Positions 1 through 12,360 of a stretch of DNA of 64,000 nt are shown one piece after another. The DNA is from the human T2T-CHM13v2.0 reference genome, Homo sapiens. Below the pieces are notes generated by a model. It was given only the letters and a program-made list of their open reading frames with translations. It was not told the origin of the DNA and searched no databases. The stretch's first letter is position 1. Each line of letters opens with the position of its first letter. The translations under genes were made by a program, and so were the position numbers. The stretch is from NCBI RefSeq assembly GCF_009914755.1, contig NC_060937.1; one strand, 5' to 3'.

Positions 1-1861
1 CTTTGGAGAAAAGGAAAAGGGCGTGAGGTTTCGGTCATTTTTGTCAAAGGAAATCAGATGAAAAGGGGTGTACAAAGGACCAGGTCTCGTGAGCGCAGCC
101 AATCTTGTCCGCTCCCAAGCGACTCAGGCTCTTGGCAGGACTTGCTGTAGAGTCCCAGACGGAGTTAGCCACTGAGTCCTTCAGCGACCCAGGAAATAAC
201 AACACTGTTGGCAGGTGGGGGAGGGCGCCCGGGAAGATATCCAATAGTGGCGTCAGGCAAGAGGACAGAAATGCTCCTTTCATTCACCTTTCGAAGCAGA
301 GCATTTGGTCCCCGTTGGCCTCTGACTCTCTGTTGCGGCAATCTAGATGTTACCAGAATTCCCGTGTTTCCTTCATATTCAAAGGCACAGGAAATCTGGG
401 GTGCAAGCGGACTGCTGTCTCTCAAGGAATAGAAGTCTGTGACAAACGTATAGAAATGAGTTTCATGTTGAACAAGATCCGTTTCTGCGTTCCTCCCTCA
501 TCCAGCCTTGATTCTCCAGATGCTTACCAACTTCTTAATATTTACCTCAACTGCAAGGCTTTCAACCGGCGCTTTTGTTAGAATACTACTATCTTCCCAT
601 TAAAGCAATGTCCACACTCAGTTTGCTTGGTGAAAATGTTAATAACGCACACTTAGAAAAACGGTGATAACCGTTGCTTGCATAAAGTGGCCATTTGAAT
701 AGACTTTGGATCTGATTTAGAGATTTAGGGATGGATGTTTTAAAAAAAGCAAAAGTAGTAACAGACTATAGCATTGGTAATGTGTGTGTGCATATATACA
801 TATTATTTTTAAAAAAATAAAGTTCGATTATTTCACCTGGCTTGTCAGTCACCTATGCAGGCGTCTGAGCCCCCGGGTTTCCAGGAGCCCCCCGTATAAG
901 GACCCCAGGGACTCCTCTCCCCACGCGGCCGGGCCGCCCGCCCGGCCCCCAGCCCGGAGAGCTGCCACCGACCCCCTCAACGTCCCAAGCCCCAGCTCTG
1001 TCGCCCGCGTTCCTTCCTCTTCCTGGGCCACAATCTTGGCTTTCCCGGGCCGGCTTCACGCAGTTGCGCAGGAGCCCGCGGGGGAAGACCTCTCGTGGGG
1101 ACCTCGAGCACGACGTGCGACCCTAAATCCCCACATCTCCTCTGCCGCCTCGCAGGCCACATGCACCGGGAGCCGGGCGGGGCAGGCGCGGCCCGCAAGG
1201 ACCCCCGCGATGGAGACGCAACACTGCCGCGACTGCACTTGGGGCAGCCCCGCCGCGTCCCAGCCGCCTCCCGGCAGGAAGCGTAGGTGTGTGAGCCGAC
1301 CCGGAGCGAGCCGCGCCCTCGGGCCAGCGTGGGCAGGGCGCCGCAGCCTGCGCAGCCCCGAGGACCCCGCGTCGCTCTCCCGAGCCAGGGTTCTCAGGAG
1401 CGGGCCGCGCAGGAGACGTTAGAGGGGGTTGTTAGCGGCTGTTGGGAGAACGGGTCACGGAAACAGTCCCTTCCAAAGCCGGGGCCATCGTGGGGTGGGC
1501 GAGTCCGCCCTCCCAGGCCGGGGGCGCGGACCAGAGGGGACGTGTGCAGACGGCCGCGGTCAGCCCCACCTCGCCCGGGCGGAGACGCACAGCTGGAGCT
1601 GGAGGGCCGTCGCCCGTTGGGCCCTCAGGGGCCTGAACGCCCAGGGGTCGCGGCGAGTCCACCCGGAGCGAGTCAGGTGAGCAGGTCGCCATGGCGATGC
1701 GGCCCCGGAGAGCGCACGCCTGCCGCGGTCGGCATGGAAACGCTCCCGCTAGGTCCGGGGGCGCCGCTGATTGGCCGATTCAACAGACGCGGGTGGGCAG
1801 CTCAGCCGCATCGCTAAGCCCGGCCGCCTCCCAGGCTGGAATCCCTCGACACTTGGTCCTT

Positions 1862-1965
1862 CCCGCCCCGCCCTTCCGTGCCCTGCCCTTCCCTGCCCTT
1901 CCCCGCCCTGCCCCGCCCGGCCCGGCCCGGCCCTGCCCAACCCTGCCCCGCCCTGCCCCGCCCAG
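1862..1965. repeat. Degenerate C-rich pentamer repeat (CCCTG/CCCCG/CCCGG)n in the proximal promoter
   Basis: The tandem pentamer units are read directly; the minus strand carries many GGG runs. Confidence 0.85.
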
Positions 1966-2131
1966 CCGGCCACCTCTTAACCGCGATCCTCCAGTGCACT
2001 TGCCAGTTGTTCCGGACACATAGAAAGATAACGACGGGAAGAGCGGGGCCCGCTTTGGGGTCCAGGCAGGTTTTGGGGCCTCCTGTCTGGTGGGAGGAGG
2101 CCGCAGCGCAGCACCCTGCTCGTCACTTGGG

Positions 2132-2239
2132 ATGGAGACCGGCTTTCCCGCAATCATGTACCCTGGATCTTTTATTGGGGGCTGGGGAGAAGAGTATCTC
2201 AGCTGGGAAGGACCGGGGCTCCCAGATTTCGTCTTCCAG
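2132..2239 (+). CDS. CCNA1: Cyclin A1 coding exon 1 (METGFPAIMY...PDFVFQ, 36 codons)
   Basis: ATG at 2132; 108 nt; donor CAG/GTAACG at 2239/2240. The translation matches the human cyclin A1 N-terminus as I recall it. Confidence 0.95.
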
Positions 2240-2542
2240 GTAACGTGGGTTTAGTATCCCGACTTGGAGGCTTGTCAGAATGTTTCTCTCCTTCCAGCCC
2301 AACACGAAGTCTTGGGATAAAAAGCCTCCCTCAGGGATTCAAATAACTGTTTTGATTCAGAGCAACTTTGATCGCCTGTGCGGTCGCACCTGCCCTTTCA
2401 GCCCCAATAATTGCTGGGAAGATCAGCAATTGGTGTTAGTCCCATTGCTTGGTGCTCTCCCTCCTAGAGGTTCGCTGTGTCCTTGGAGCCCGGGGTGGAC
2501 GGAATCGACTAAACAGCTTGTCTGTTTCTCTTTCCCTGGTAG

Positions 2543-2731
2543 CAGCAGCCCGTGGAGTCTGAAGCAATGCACTGCAGCAACCCCAAGAGTGGAGTTGTGC
2601 TGGCTACAGTGGCCCGAGGTCCCGATGCTTGTCAGATACTCACCAGAGCCCCGCTGGGCCAGGATCCCCCGCAGAGGACAGTGCTAGGGCTGCTAACTGC
2701 AAATGGGCAGTACAGGAGGACCTGTGGCCAG
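2543..2731 (+). CDS. CCNA1: Cyclin A1 coding exon 2 (QQPVESEAMHCSNPKS...RRTCGQ), containing the D-box RTVLGLLTAN
   Basis: Acceptor TAG/CAGCAG; 189 nt; donor CAG/GTAATG at 2731/2732. In-frame internal ATG at 2567. D-box-like RxxL motif (RTVLGLLTAN) at 2675-2704. Confidence 0.96.
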
Positions 2732-2833
2732 GTAATGACTCAGACGCATTGAGAATGATGCTTGTGGAGAACAGCTCTCCTGCTTTGGTGCCAGGTGCTT
2801 TTCTCTTGCCCTTGTACCTACAACTCCCCCTGA

Positions 2834-3367
<534 letters not shown>

Positions 3368-4059
3368 TGAGGGGTTCGGTTTTCAGCTAGAAATAGTGAT
3401 TAGTTTTCTTTGTTATTTTTTCCACTATCAAGGAAATAGGTCTAGGAACTGTTTGGGTTATGTATATTAAAGTAATTTAAGGGCTGGGCTAAAAGGAAAT
3501 GTGAATGCTTCCAAATAAACTGTGGAACTGGGGTTCCTCCAGGTTAGAGCAGTGTTCACATTGATGCAGGCTGTGCCTAAAGCAAACCTGGATAATCTTG
3601 GCTGTGTTCATTGCGGATAGTGTTAAAATCAGGATTAGATCAGGCTAGATTAGATTACTCCAAAATGGGTGCTTTGAAGGCAGACATCTTCCCAGTACTG
3701 ACTAAGCAGCTATGCTAACAGGTAATGGTCCCTCAGATATTAGTTGTGTGAACTTAACTGATCATAGATACCTTAACCAGACTGAAAACTATACCTTTCC
3801 TATTTCATAAGTGAGAAAATCTGAAAGGTTTAAGCCTCTGCCAAAAGAAAGCTATGGTAGAAACTAGATTAGAAGCCTCTCATCTACTGACTCTTCACAT
3901 GCTCTGTTCAAAGCTTTGGAGAAAATTGAGTGGAAGTGGTTTTAACAAATTTTAATTTGCTTAGCAATGTTTGCTTTTTAAAACTTAACGCCTGAGACTT
4001 GGTTCTTATGAATTGTCAGTTGTGCCTGTGTTGAATGGTCGCATTTTAAATTCCCAGTT

Positions 4060-6040
4060 GCTAACCTCTTATGTTACCTGGTGCCACTTCTGCATTTCCC
4101 TGTACCTATCCTCTACAACCTGCTTAGAAATCTATTTTGTACCTTCCCTTCTCTGTTTAATCCTCAGTAACCTCCTCCTTCATGCCCAGTCTCAGCTGAT
4201 CACTTTGTATCTTATTTTCCTAAAAATATAGAAGCAAGCAGAAGAGAATCTCCACATGTCCCTGTGTGCCATATAATCTGCCATCTACATCCTGTTATGT
4301 GACTGCTATGTCCCTGCTGTCATGCGAGGTGCCCCCCCCCCCGCGCCATGCGTACAATATACTCGTGTCTTCTTGCTTCTTCAAGGATGTTACTCTAGCC
4401 ACTTTTCTTTCTCTCATGAGTTTTTTCTTTTCTACTGGGCCAAATCTGTAAGCATACAAATATATTGCCATTTTCCCATCTTAAAAACCTTTCAACTAAA
4501 CGCTCCCTCTGAGTATTACAACCCTGGAATCTGGACCACAGGGAAGAAGTTGACTTTGTAAAATCACCTTGACCGGTCCCTTTTTCAGCTAGAAATGGTG
4601 ACGAATTTTCTTTGTTAGTTTTCCAATATCAAGGAAATAGGTCTAGGAGCTGTTTGCATTATGTCGATTAAAGTAATTTAAGTGCTTAAAGAAATTTAAG
4701 TAATGGGACAGAAGCTATCCCATTTAAAGCCACATATCTTGAGAGTTTGTCGTATCTTGACATATATAATGTTGCCTTTCCCACTAACATGTAAGCTCCA
4801 TCCAGGTGTTGATTTAGGTTGTCATGTTCACTGTTGTGTGTCCATTACTTTGAACAGACCTGGGCCTGGCCAGGATGGCACACATTGTTTGTTGGATGAA
4901 TGTTCTCTGTCTCTAGTTCTTTTCCTGCTCTATTTGGACTCAATTCATAGTCTTTTCCTTCCTCGACTGATCAGCATTATTTGACATGGCTGATCATTAT
5001 TTTTTCCTTGAAATAATTTCTTCTCATTCAGCTTGTAGAACACCACTCTCTCCAAGTTTTCTACCTAGCTCATTGGCCACTGTTTGATATTCTAATTGTT
5101 ACTTATATATATAGTCTGTACAAGTTAGAGTGCCCTAGGACCTAGTCTTTGATCTAAATCTTGCACTCACTCCCTTAGTAGCCTCTTAGTCTCCTAGCAT
5201 TAAACACTCTCTATTTGGTGATGACTGATATTTCTATCTCTGGCCTGGGCCTCTGAGGTTTATTGCAGGCTCACATATTCAGGAGCCTACTTGGCATCTC
5301 CACTTAGGTCATATAATAAGCAACGTATAAAACGAAACACCCATCCTTTTCCCTACTCCCAGACTGCTCTTCCCAAGTCTTCCTTGTCTCAGTAAATGGA
5401 GTAGCCATCCTTTCTGTTATTTAGCCTCCAAACCTTTGTCTTCCTCGATTCTTATTTTTCTCTCACCCCACATCTAATCTTATGAGAAAATATTATTAAC
5501 TCTACTTTTTAAATGTCTAGAACTATTTTGCTCTTCATGGTTTACAATTACTTCCCTGGTTCAAATCCCTATTGTGTCTCACTTAGAATTTTCAAGTTTT
5601 GTAATTGATTGGCTTACTTACTCTCCACCTGTGCACAGCCAGAATCATCCTTTTAAGAAATGAAAAGATTATGCCACTCCTTTGCCCAAAATTCCAGTGG
5701 CTCCTGTCTCTGAATAAAAGCCAATTCTTAGATCAGCCTTGGCAAGTGAACAAAAACAAAATAATAGTAATGAAAACTAATCCTTAATTGGCCTATGGTA
5801 AGTGCTTCATGATTGGCCTCTTTTTTCTTTCTGTCCTCATGGCCTATATGACTGTCTCACTCTGCTCTGTTTGCTCCTACTGTGTCTTTTCTAGTTTGTT
5901 TCAGTCTTTTTCCACAGACTAGAATATAAACTCCATCAAGGTAGTTCTTTTTAAACATTTTGTTCACTGCTAAATTCTGGGCACGAGAAAAGCTTCTAGC
6001 ACATAGTAGATACTCAGTAAATATTTGTTTATTAAATATA
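4060..6040. mobile_element. Degenerate LINE-2 fragments in intron 2
   Basis: L2 3'-end-like tracts (CTAGAATATAAACTCCAT...TACTCAGTAAATATTTGTT at about 5920-6030; GTAAGCTCCAT...TTGTTGGATGAATG at about 4790-4900) with pyrimidine-rich L2-like sequence between them. Boundaries are approximate. Confidence 0.6.
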
Positions 6041-6068
6041 TGTCCCAGCCTATGGACACAGTATCTAT

Positions 6069-6140
6069 GTAGCAAGAGTCAAACCTGGCAGTAACTTGGA
6101 GCTGTGGTTGTAGCAAGAGTCAAACTTCGCAGTAACTTGG
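6069..6140. repeat. Two-copy tandem repeat, 41-bp period (GTAGCAAGAGTCAAAC..GCAGTAACTTGG)
   Basis: 31-bp units at 6069-6099 and 6110-6140 differ at 2 positions; a partial third CAGTAACTT follows. Confidence 0.9.
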
Positions 6141-7133
6141 TTATCTGGTTACAGTAACTTATGATTGTGACTCTTTGTTGTCTTTGTGATTTCCCCCCAA
6201 TTACTACCATAAGTGTTCGTTTTCTTACAGACATAAGTCACCTATTTAACTTGATAAATAAAAGGGAGAGTTATGGAACCACCTACTAACTTAGAAGTAG
6301 CCTTCAACAGTACACACCAAGATACATTATAAACAAAATGTTAATGTGGTAGACAGAGCTGGCATTTGCGTAAATATAGCTCAGGTTCATAGAGCTGCCC
6401 ACCTGCCCTGATTCAGCTGACATTCATGCCATCTGGCATGGCTCACCTTAATATGCAACAGTGTTTGATGCATTATGCTTGTTCACTGTGGCGGCACCAC
6501 AGTTGTTCCCATTGTTCATGTTATAAGAATAGAGAAAAAGGAGAAGTGACTAAGAAATTTCCCCAAGAGTAAATGCATTATGTCATACGTAAAGGTTCTG
6601 TGGCTTGTAAGAGAATTTAGCAGCATCAGTTTCCAAAATCGTGTTTCTTAATAAGTGGATATAAAATGGAAACATTATAGGGGCCTTCTGGCTAAAAAGT
6701 TATTTATTTAAGGAGGGGAATTGTAGGAACTCAGTCACTGCATCAAGAGTTATGCTGACTACTTATAAAATCTCATGATGCTATAAATATGAAAGCCAAT
6801 TTACAGTTTTCCCTTTATATGTGGTACCCATTTCATTTTGGAAGAGAGCTATAGGTTTTCTTTTTTCTACAATCTTGAGTTTCCTTTGATACATATGTGA
6901 GGTAGATTAAAATTTTAGGTAGCTCTTTCTCCAAATATCAAATGTAGACAAAGATAAGGGGGGAAAAATTACACTTTTGAAGACCTTTTTTTTTTGGAAT
7001 TAAATTGCCGACATAGATTTTTCAGTTTAGAATGTATCTTACCTTCCCAGGCTGTTGGTTTGAGTCATGCAGGTTCACATTGCCTCTGTGGTCTTTGACG
7101 TGGCCTCTAACAAAAGATTTAAACGTTTTTTAG

Positions 7134-7380
7134 GGGATCACAAGAATCAGGTGTTATTCTGGATCAGAAAATGCCTTCCCTCCAGCTGGAAAGAAAGCAC
7201 TCCCTGACTGTGGGGTCCAAGAGCCCCCCAAGCAAGGGTTTGACATCTACATGGATGAACTAGAGCAGGGGGACAGAGACAGCTGCTCGGTCAGAGAGGG
7301 GATGGCATTTGAGGATGTGTATGAAGTAGACACCGGCACACTCAAGTCAGACCTGCACTTCCTGCTGGATTTCAACACAG
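7134..7380 (+). CDS. CCNA1: Cyclin A1 coding exon 3 (GITRIRCYSGSENAF...LLDFNT)
   Basis: Acceptor TTTTTTAG at 7133; 247 nt; donor CAG/GTAACT. The frame is continuous with exons 2 and 4. Confidence 0.96.
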
Positions 7381-7571
7381 GTAACTGACTTGCCTATGGT
7401 TGATGGCTGATGGTACCCTGTATTTATAACTGCCTGCAGCATTCAATAGCTAGTAACTAGCAAGAGAAAAACAGCAAGTAATAACTGTATTCACAACTGC
7501 CTGTAGAGGGTTAGTGGATTGAACAAATGTTTAAATTAAATGAGTTATCTGACAGTGTTGAACTCTTGCAG

Positions 7572-7696
7572 TTTCCCCTATGCTGGTAGATTCATCTCTC
7601 CTCTCCCAGTCTGAAGATATATCCAGTCTTGGCACAGATGTGATAAATGTGACTGAATATGCTGAAGAAATTTATCAGTACCTTAGGGAAGCTGAA
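7572..7696 (+). CDS. CCNA1: Cyclin A1 coding exon 4 (VSPMLVDSS...EYAEEIYQYLREAE)
   Basis: Acceptor TTGCAG at 7571; 125 nt; donor GAA/GTAAGT. It encodes the conserved cyclin A helix EYAEEIYQYLREAE. Confidence 0.97.
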
Positions 7697-8148
7697 GTAA
7701 GTTTTCCCACCTTCTACTTCAATCTTCAGGACCCGAGCTCTTATTACTAAGATAAATTATAAACTCTTGGTCCATAACCACTAGTGAATGGCACTCTTAT
7801 GCCAGCTAAACATAAGAATATCTATGAAAAATAATAGTTGTGATGGCAAGTCGCAATTGCTTGGACTATTTCTACATGATTCAAAGGGTTTATATGTTAA
7901 ATATTTCACTCTTAGGAATAATTCATATTGCCATTCTCCCCTGCCCCCCCAACCCCAGGTTAATTTGCTAACCAATTACTTTACAGAACCAGAAATTTAC
8001 ACTTTCTTCCTTGTTATGATAAAGATTTATTTGGCTCTGATCAGAATCTTTCCAACCTTTGCTTGTGAGATTTTTAAATAGCAACTATATTGTGGAATGA
8101 TCTTTCTGAAATTGCAACTACTAAATATCAAAACCTTTTCCCAATCAG

Positions 8149-8372
8149 ATAAGGCACAGACCCAAAGCACACTACATGAAGAAGCAGCCAGACATCACGG
8201 AAGGCATGCGCACGATTCTGGTGGACTGGCTGGTGGAGGTTGGGGAAGAATATAAACTTCGAGCAGAGACCCTGTATCTGGCTGTCAACTTCCTGGACAG
8301 GTTCCTTTCATGTATGTCTGTTCTGAGAGGGAAACTGCAGCTCGTAGGAACAGCAGCTATGCTTTTGGCTTC
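8149..8372 (+). CDS. CCNA1: Cyclin A1 coding exon 5 (cyclin box, MRTILVDW)
   Basis: Acceptor TCAG at 8148; 224 nt; donor TC/GTAAGT. It encodes [35 protein letters not shown]..., with the MRAIL-type motif at 8206. Confidence 0.98.
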
Positions 8373-9483
8373 GTAAGTGTTCTTTCAGCTTGCATAATAT
8401 GAAACTATCACTTGTCAAAACATGGAATTTTTGTCCTCTATTTCTTATTGAAGAAATGCAATGCTTGATAATTAAAACTAGTCATGTGTCCTTTGATAAA
8501 AGATCATCCTCTTCACAGGATTGACTGAGAAACTGAAACTTACCACATGTTTACTCTTCAATCACCTGGTTATGATTTATAGCAACAAGTTCAGTGTCAT
8601 GACTAAGGCAGCCATCATCTCAAATTCAGGATCTAATTTAACTATTTTGCAGTGTAGTCTTTTTGCTATTTCCTATCTATTAAGTCCTATTTAAAGACAG
8701 TGTGGTTACAAAAAGCTATCTTCATGATCTAGCAAATGACCCATAATAACAGGTTTATTTGGTTACAGTGAATAAACTACTTCAACTGGTTCCTGTTACT
8801 ATCATTCATTCATGAAAGTACCTAATTGTGTGGGAAAAGAGAGCTGGGTTGTGGCTGAGCTACCTTTAAGTGACCTGTTGCTGAGTGGTAGTTTCTTTTC
8901 TGTTCTTCTGGTCTCAAACATTCTATTGTTAATGCAGAAAAACTTGCCAAAATTCCCCTAAAGAAAGTAGAAACAAAGGCAGAAGGAAAGAATTGATCAT
9001 AGTGAAATTATATCATTATGTCTCTTGGCTATAAGCATCATTTGCTAATTCAGTGGACAAAGTTGAACAGCATCTTTTTAAAAACTAGAGGCCTGTGGAG
9101 TTTGTTTCTATCACTGTGTTGATCTTAACACTTTTTTCTATGAAGTGATTTGAGGTCTGTAGAATGTGTAGGAATTTACCTGTAGTGTCTGTCATTCAGA
9201 ATCTTTCAGTGTATCACAGGCCCAAACCTAAAATTCTTGGTTGGAAATTGTTTCTGTTACTACTCCTAGCAGTAAATATAACCTATCCTTGTGATAATCA
9301 TGTTCTTGGTCCAGAAACAAGCTCCTAGTACTTTCATAGCCCTGAGTCATTTAGTGGTATTTAAGTGGATATGTGGCTGCAAAGTAAGTCTGCAAGGGCC
9401 ATGCGGAGAGGCGTGGCTTATGGTAGCACAGGAGTAGAGCCAAAGGTTCTAAGTTTTACTTCTGAAAACTCTTCCTTTCCCAG

Positions 9484-9688
9484 GAAATATGAAGAGATAT
9501 ATCCTCCTGAAGTAGACGAGTTTGTCTATATCACCGATGATACATACACAAAACGACAACTGTTAAAAATGGAACACTTGCTTCTGAAAGTTCTAGCTTT
9601 TGATCTGACAGTACCAACCACCAACCAGTTTCTCCTTCAGTACTTGAGGCGACAAGGAGTGTGCGTCAGGACTGAGAACCTGGCTAAG
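9484..9688 (+). CDS. CCNA1: Cyclin A1 coding exon 6 ([13 protein letters not shown]...RTENLAK)
   Basis: Acceptor TTTCCCAG at 9483; 205 nt; donor AAG/GTGTGT. It encodes the cyclin-box KYEEIYPP and YITDDTY motifs. Confidence 0.98.
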
Positions 9689-10622
9689 GTGTGTATGCCG
9701 CGTGATTTCTAGGAACTTCCAGTGCCAAGGAGCATAAAAATCAACCTTTCCCAATCATCCTTCAGTTCTTTTTTCCTTTTCAGTTTTCTTCCCACAGGCC
9801 CAGAAAAACTGTTCCAGTGCTGAAAAAGAGCTAATTTTAAGAACCCAGCTTTTGGTTATAAGGCATTACTATTGACTATATTTGGCAGGCACGGGTTGTC
9901 TAATCACCCAACTATTTAAAAATTTAAGCTTGGAAACTGTTCTCTTATTGGATACAGACCACATACAAGCAAAACCTCCTAGGTTTATAGAGTGGGAACA
10001 AAGTAAATCTAGTTTAATAAGGTTTTAGTCTCATCCTAATATATTAAGTAATGAGCATTATTTGGTTGTTTGGAGTTACAGAACTTTAGTTGAAGGCATT
10101 GAAGTATTGCTTTGGTCAACTGGGTTTCCAGTGACCATAATCTAGGATATCTGGTATTTATGTGCTGTGCAAAGGGTAATAAGGATGTCCACATGTTTTA
10201 CTATGTTTCTTCTAATATGAGATATTCCCACTGGTGCTGTCCTAGTCTCTGAACTGCCTGATAGATTAATAGCTTTAATATTTTTGTCTTTTGGCTAAAA
10301 TCTCTGTTCCAATTCCAGCTGCCAGAGCAGTACCACTTTATCTCAGCATAAACCTAAACTATTAGCATAAGAAAAGTAACCTATCACCTATACTTTGAGT
10401 AGGCCAAATACTTTTGTATTGACATTTTACCAAAACATAAATGTTACTGTTGTTATAGACAGGCATACCAATTACTAACCCAGTAAGTAATTTTGAGCAT
10501 CTATTTTTGTAGATGCCGACTGAACAAAGATAAGATACCATTTATTTCCTTGCCATTTCCAGGCTTACTTGTGACCTTAGTCACATTTCTAATTCCAATG
10601 TGTTTTCTTCTCTTGTGCTTAG

Positions 10623-10736
10623 TACGTAGCAGAGCTGAGTCTACTTGAAGCAGATCCATTCTTGAAATATCTTCCTTCACTGATAGCTGCAGCAGCTTTT
10701 TGCCTGGCAAACTATACTGTGAACAAGCACTTTTGG
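10623..10736 (+). CDS. CCNA1: Cyclin A1 coding exon 7 ([19 protein letters not shown]...NKHFW)
   Basis: Acceptor CTTAG at 10622; 114 nt; donor TGG/GTAAGA. It encodes part of the C-terminal cyclin fold. Confidence 0.97.
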
Positions 10737-11675
10737 GTAAGATTCTAACTTCTTTCTAGATGAAATTCAAGGTCTATCTAGAATGGGCTTGCCTCTTATG
10801 AGGGCAAGTTAGTTTAATAAGGATCTGGTCAACTTGACAGCAGACCACAACATGCCACTGAGTCTTCCAGGTCAGTCATGATGGCTTTGACTCAATGGCT
10901 TCACTCTATGAGGACTGAGATTGCAGGAAGTCAAGGAGACAGCATCACATGCTCCTTCAACAGAAGCAGGCCTGGGAACCTCAGTGCCCACTGTTATTCA
11001 GGGAGGGCCCTTGAGGTACAATCATTGACTGCTTCAAGCAAAAGTTGTTGACTTTTACCTTCTATATTAAAAACAAAAACCTAGGTCCAATTAGGATGGC
11101 CAGAAGATTGCACCTCAGGCTTTCAAGACAACAGGGCAGTAAAGTGTTGCCTCTTGCCCAAGAAGGTGGCAACATCAGAAATGGACCCCTAGGTTTGGTT
11201 CTGAAGGCTCACTGTTGTACTAAAAGAAGTGGGGTGTCTACCCTTATTTTCATGAATGCTTATGTTTTTTTCTGCTGCATTTTCTTTTTTTAAAAATTTT
11301 CTTTTACTTTTTTTTAAGTAATTCTTATTCCAGCACTGCAGTGTTTTGACTAAAAATTTTTCATGTTGTGTACAAATAGAATGGTCAGGCAAGCAGGGCT
11401 CTATAAGGACCAGTAAAAATTTCACTCATGAGGGAACAAGGAAAAAGTGATCCAGCCCCAAATTGAGCATTATAAATTTATAATATGAGAAAATTTAGAG
11501 CCTTGGCTGTTCTTTCTGATATTTTACATCTAAAATCTCTGAAGGGGGTTCTGGTCTCTTTCGAGATGAATGTGAATATTTACTAAGGGACTAATTCCCT
11601 TTATTTCAAATTGGTTATCTTCGGATATCTAATATAAAGTTATGTGAAGCAATTTTTTTCTTTTGTCTTGATTAG

Positions 11676-11809
11676 CCAGAAACCCTTGCTGCATTTACAG
11701 GGTATTCATTAAGTGAAATTGTGCCTTGCCTGAGTGAGCTTCATAAAGCGTACCTTGATATACCCCATCGACCTCAGCAAGCAATTAGGGAGAAGTACAA
11801 GGCTTCAAA
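11676..11809 (+). CDS. CCNA1: Cyclin A1 coding exon 8 ([12 protein letters not shown]...AIREKYKAS)
   Basis: Acceptor ATTAG at 11675; 134 nt; donor AA/GTAAGT. It contains the cyclin A QQAIREKY motif. Confidence 0.97.
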
Positions 11810-12118
11810 GTAAGTCACTGACATTTTCATATCTTAGCTCTCTATTTAAAGCTTAATGGGTTATAGTAATGGTTACTAGATTAAAAATAGATTAAATTGT
11901 GTATCTGGTGCCAGGTTGGAAAAGTAAGGGTACGTGTACAAATTTACAAATAAATTTGAAAAGACCTAGATTTATAATTTGTCAGCTTTTAATACTTGTA
12001 GTCAGCCAGCTTCCTTCCTTCCATTCTGTTAAAACTACTGGAAAGTTTTCTGTGACCTGAGATTTTATCAAACCAAAGTCCTTGGCTTGTGCTGACCTTG
12101 CTTTGGGTCTTGTTTCAG

Positions 12119-12170
12119 GTACCTGTGTGTGTCCCTCATGGAGCCACCTGCAGTTCTTCTTCTACAATAA
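12119..12170 (+). CDS. CCNA1: Cyclin A1 coding exon 9 (YLCVSLMEPPAVLLLQ*)
   Basis: Acceptor TTTCAG at 12118; TAA at 12168-12170. The nine exons sum to 1398 nt, i.e. 465 aa plus stop. Confidence 0.96.
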
Positions 12171-12354
12171 GTTTCTGAATGGAAGCACTTCCAGAACTTC
12201 ACCTCCATATCAGAAGTGCCAATAATCGTCATAGGCTTCTGCACGTTGGATCAACTAATGTTGTTTACAATATAGATGACATTTTAAAAATGTAAATGAA
12301 TTTAGTTTCCCTTAGACTTTAGTAGTTTGTAATATAGTCCAACATTTTTTAAAC

Positions 12355-12360
12355 AATAAA
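12355..12360 (+). terminator. CCNA1: CCNA1 polyadenylation signal AATAAA
   Basis: AATAAA about 185 nt after the stop, followed about 20 nt later by a GT/T-rich tract (ATGTGTTAGATTTATTT). Confidence 0.85.

Larger units (their letters stand above)
870..2250. promoter_or_regulatory. CCNA1: CpG island / CCNA1 promoter and 5' region
   Basis: Very GC-rich with dense CpG, in contrast to the CpG-poor flanks. It ends at the first coding exon. It contains GC boxes (e.g. CCCCGCCC in 1860-1965), an inverted CCAAT (CTGATTGG, 1767-1774) and MYB-type motifs (TAACCG 1978-1983, CAGTTG 2004-2009). No canonical TATA box lies near the coding exon. Confidence 0.9.

Noticed and set aside
105-581. 158-aa ORF at the window start
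   Set aside because: It has a non-ATG start, no recognisable domain and no supporting exon structure.
784-2305. Many overlapping ORFs (up to 212 aa) across the promoter
   Set aside because: They are Pro/Arg/Gly/Ala-rich frames expected in stop-poor GC-rich DNA and show no recognisable homology. Only 2132-2239 fits CCNA1.
12280-12360. Cytoplasmic polyadenylation element in the CCNA1 3' UTR
   Set aside because: The U-rich tracts (TTTTAAAAAT, TTTTTTAAAC) do not match the UUUUA(A)U consensus, so it cannot be supported from sequence alone.
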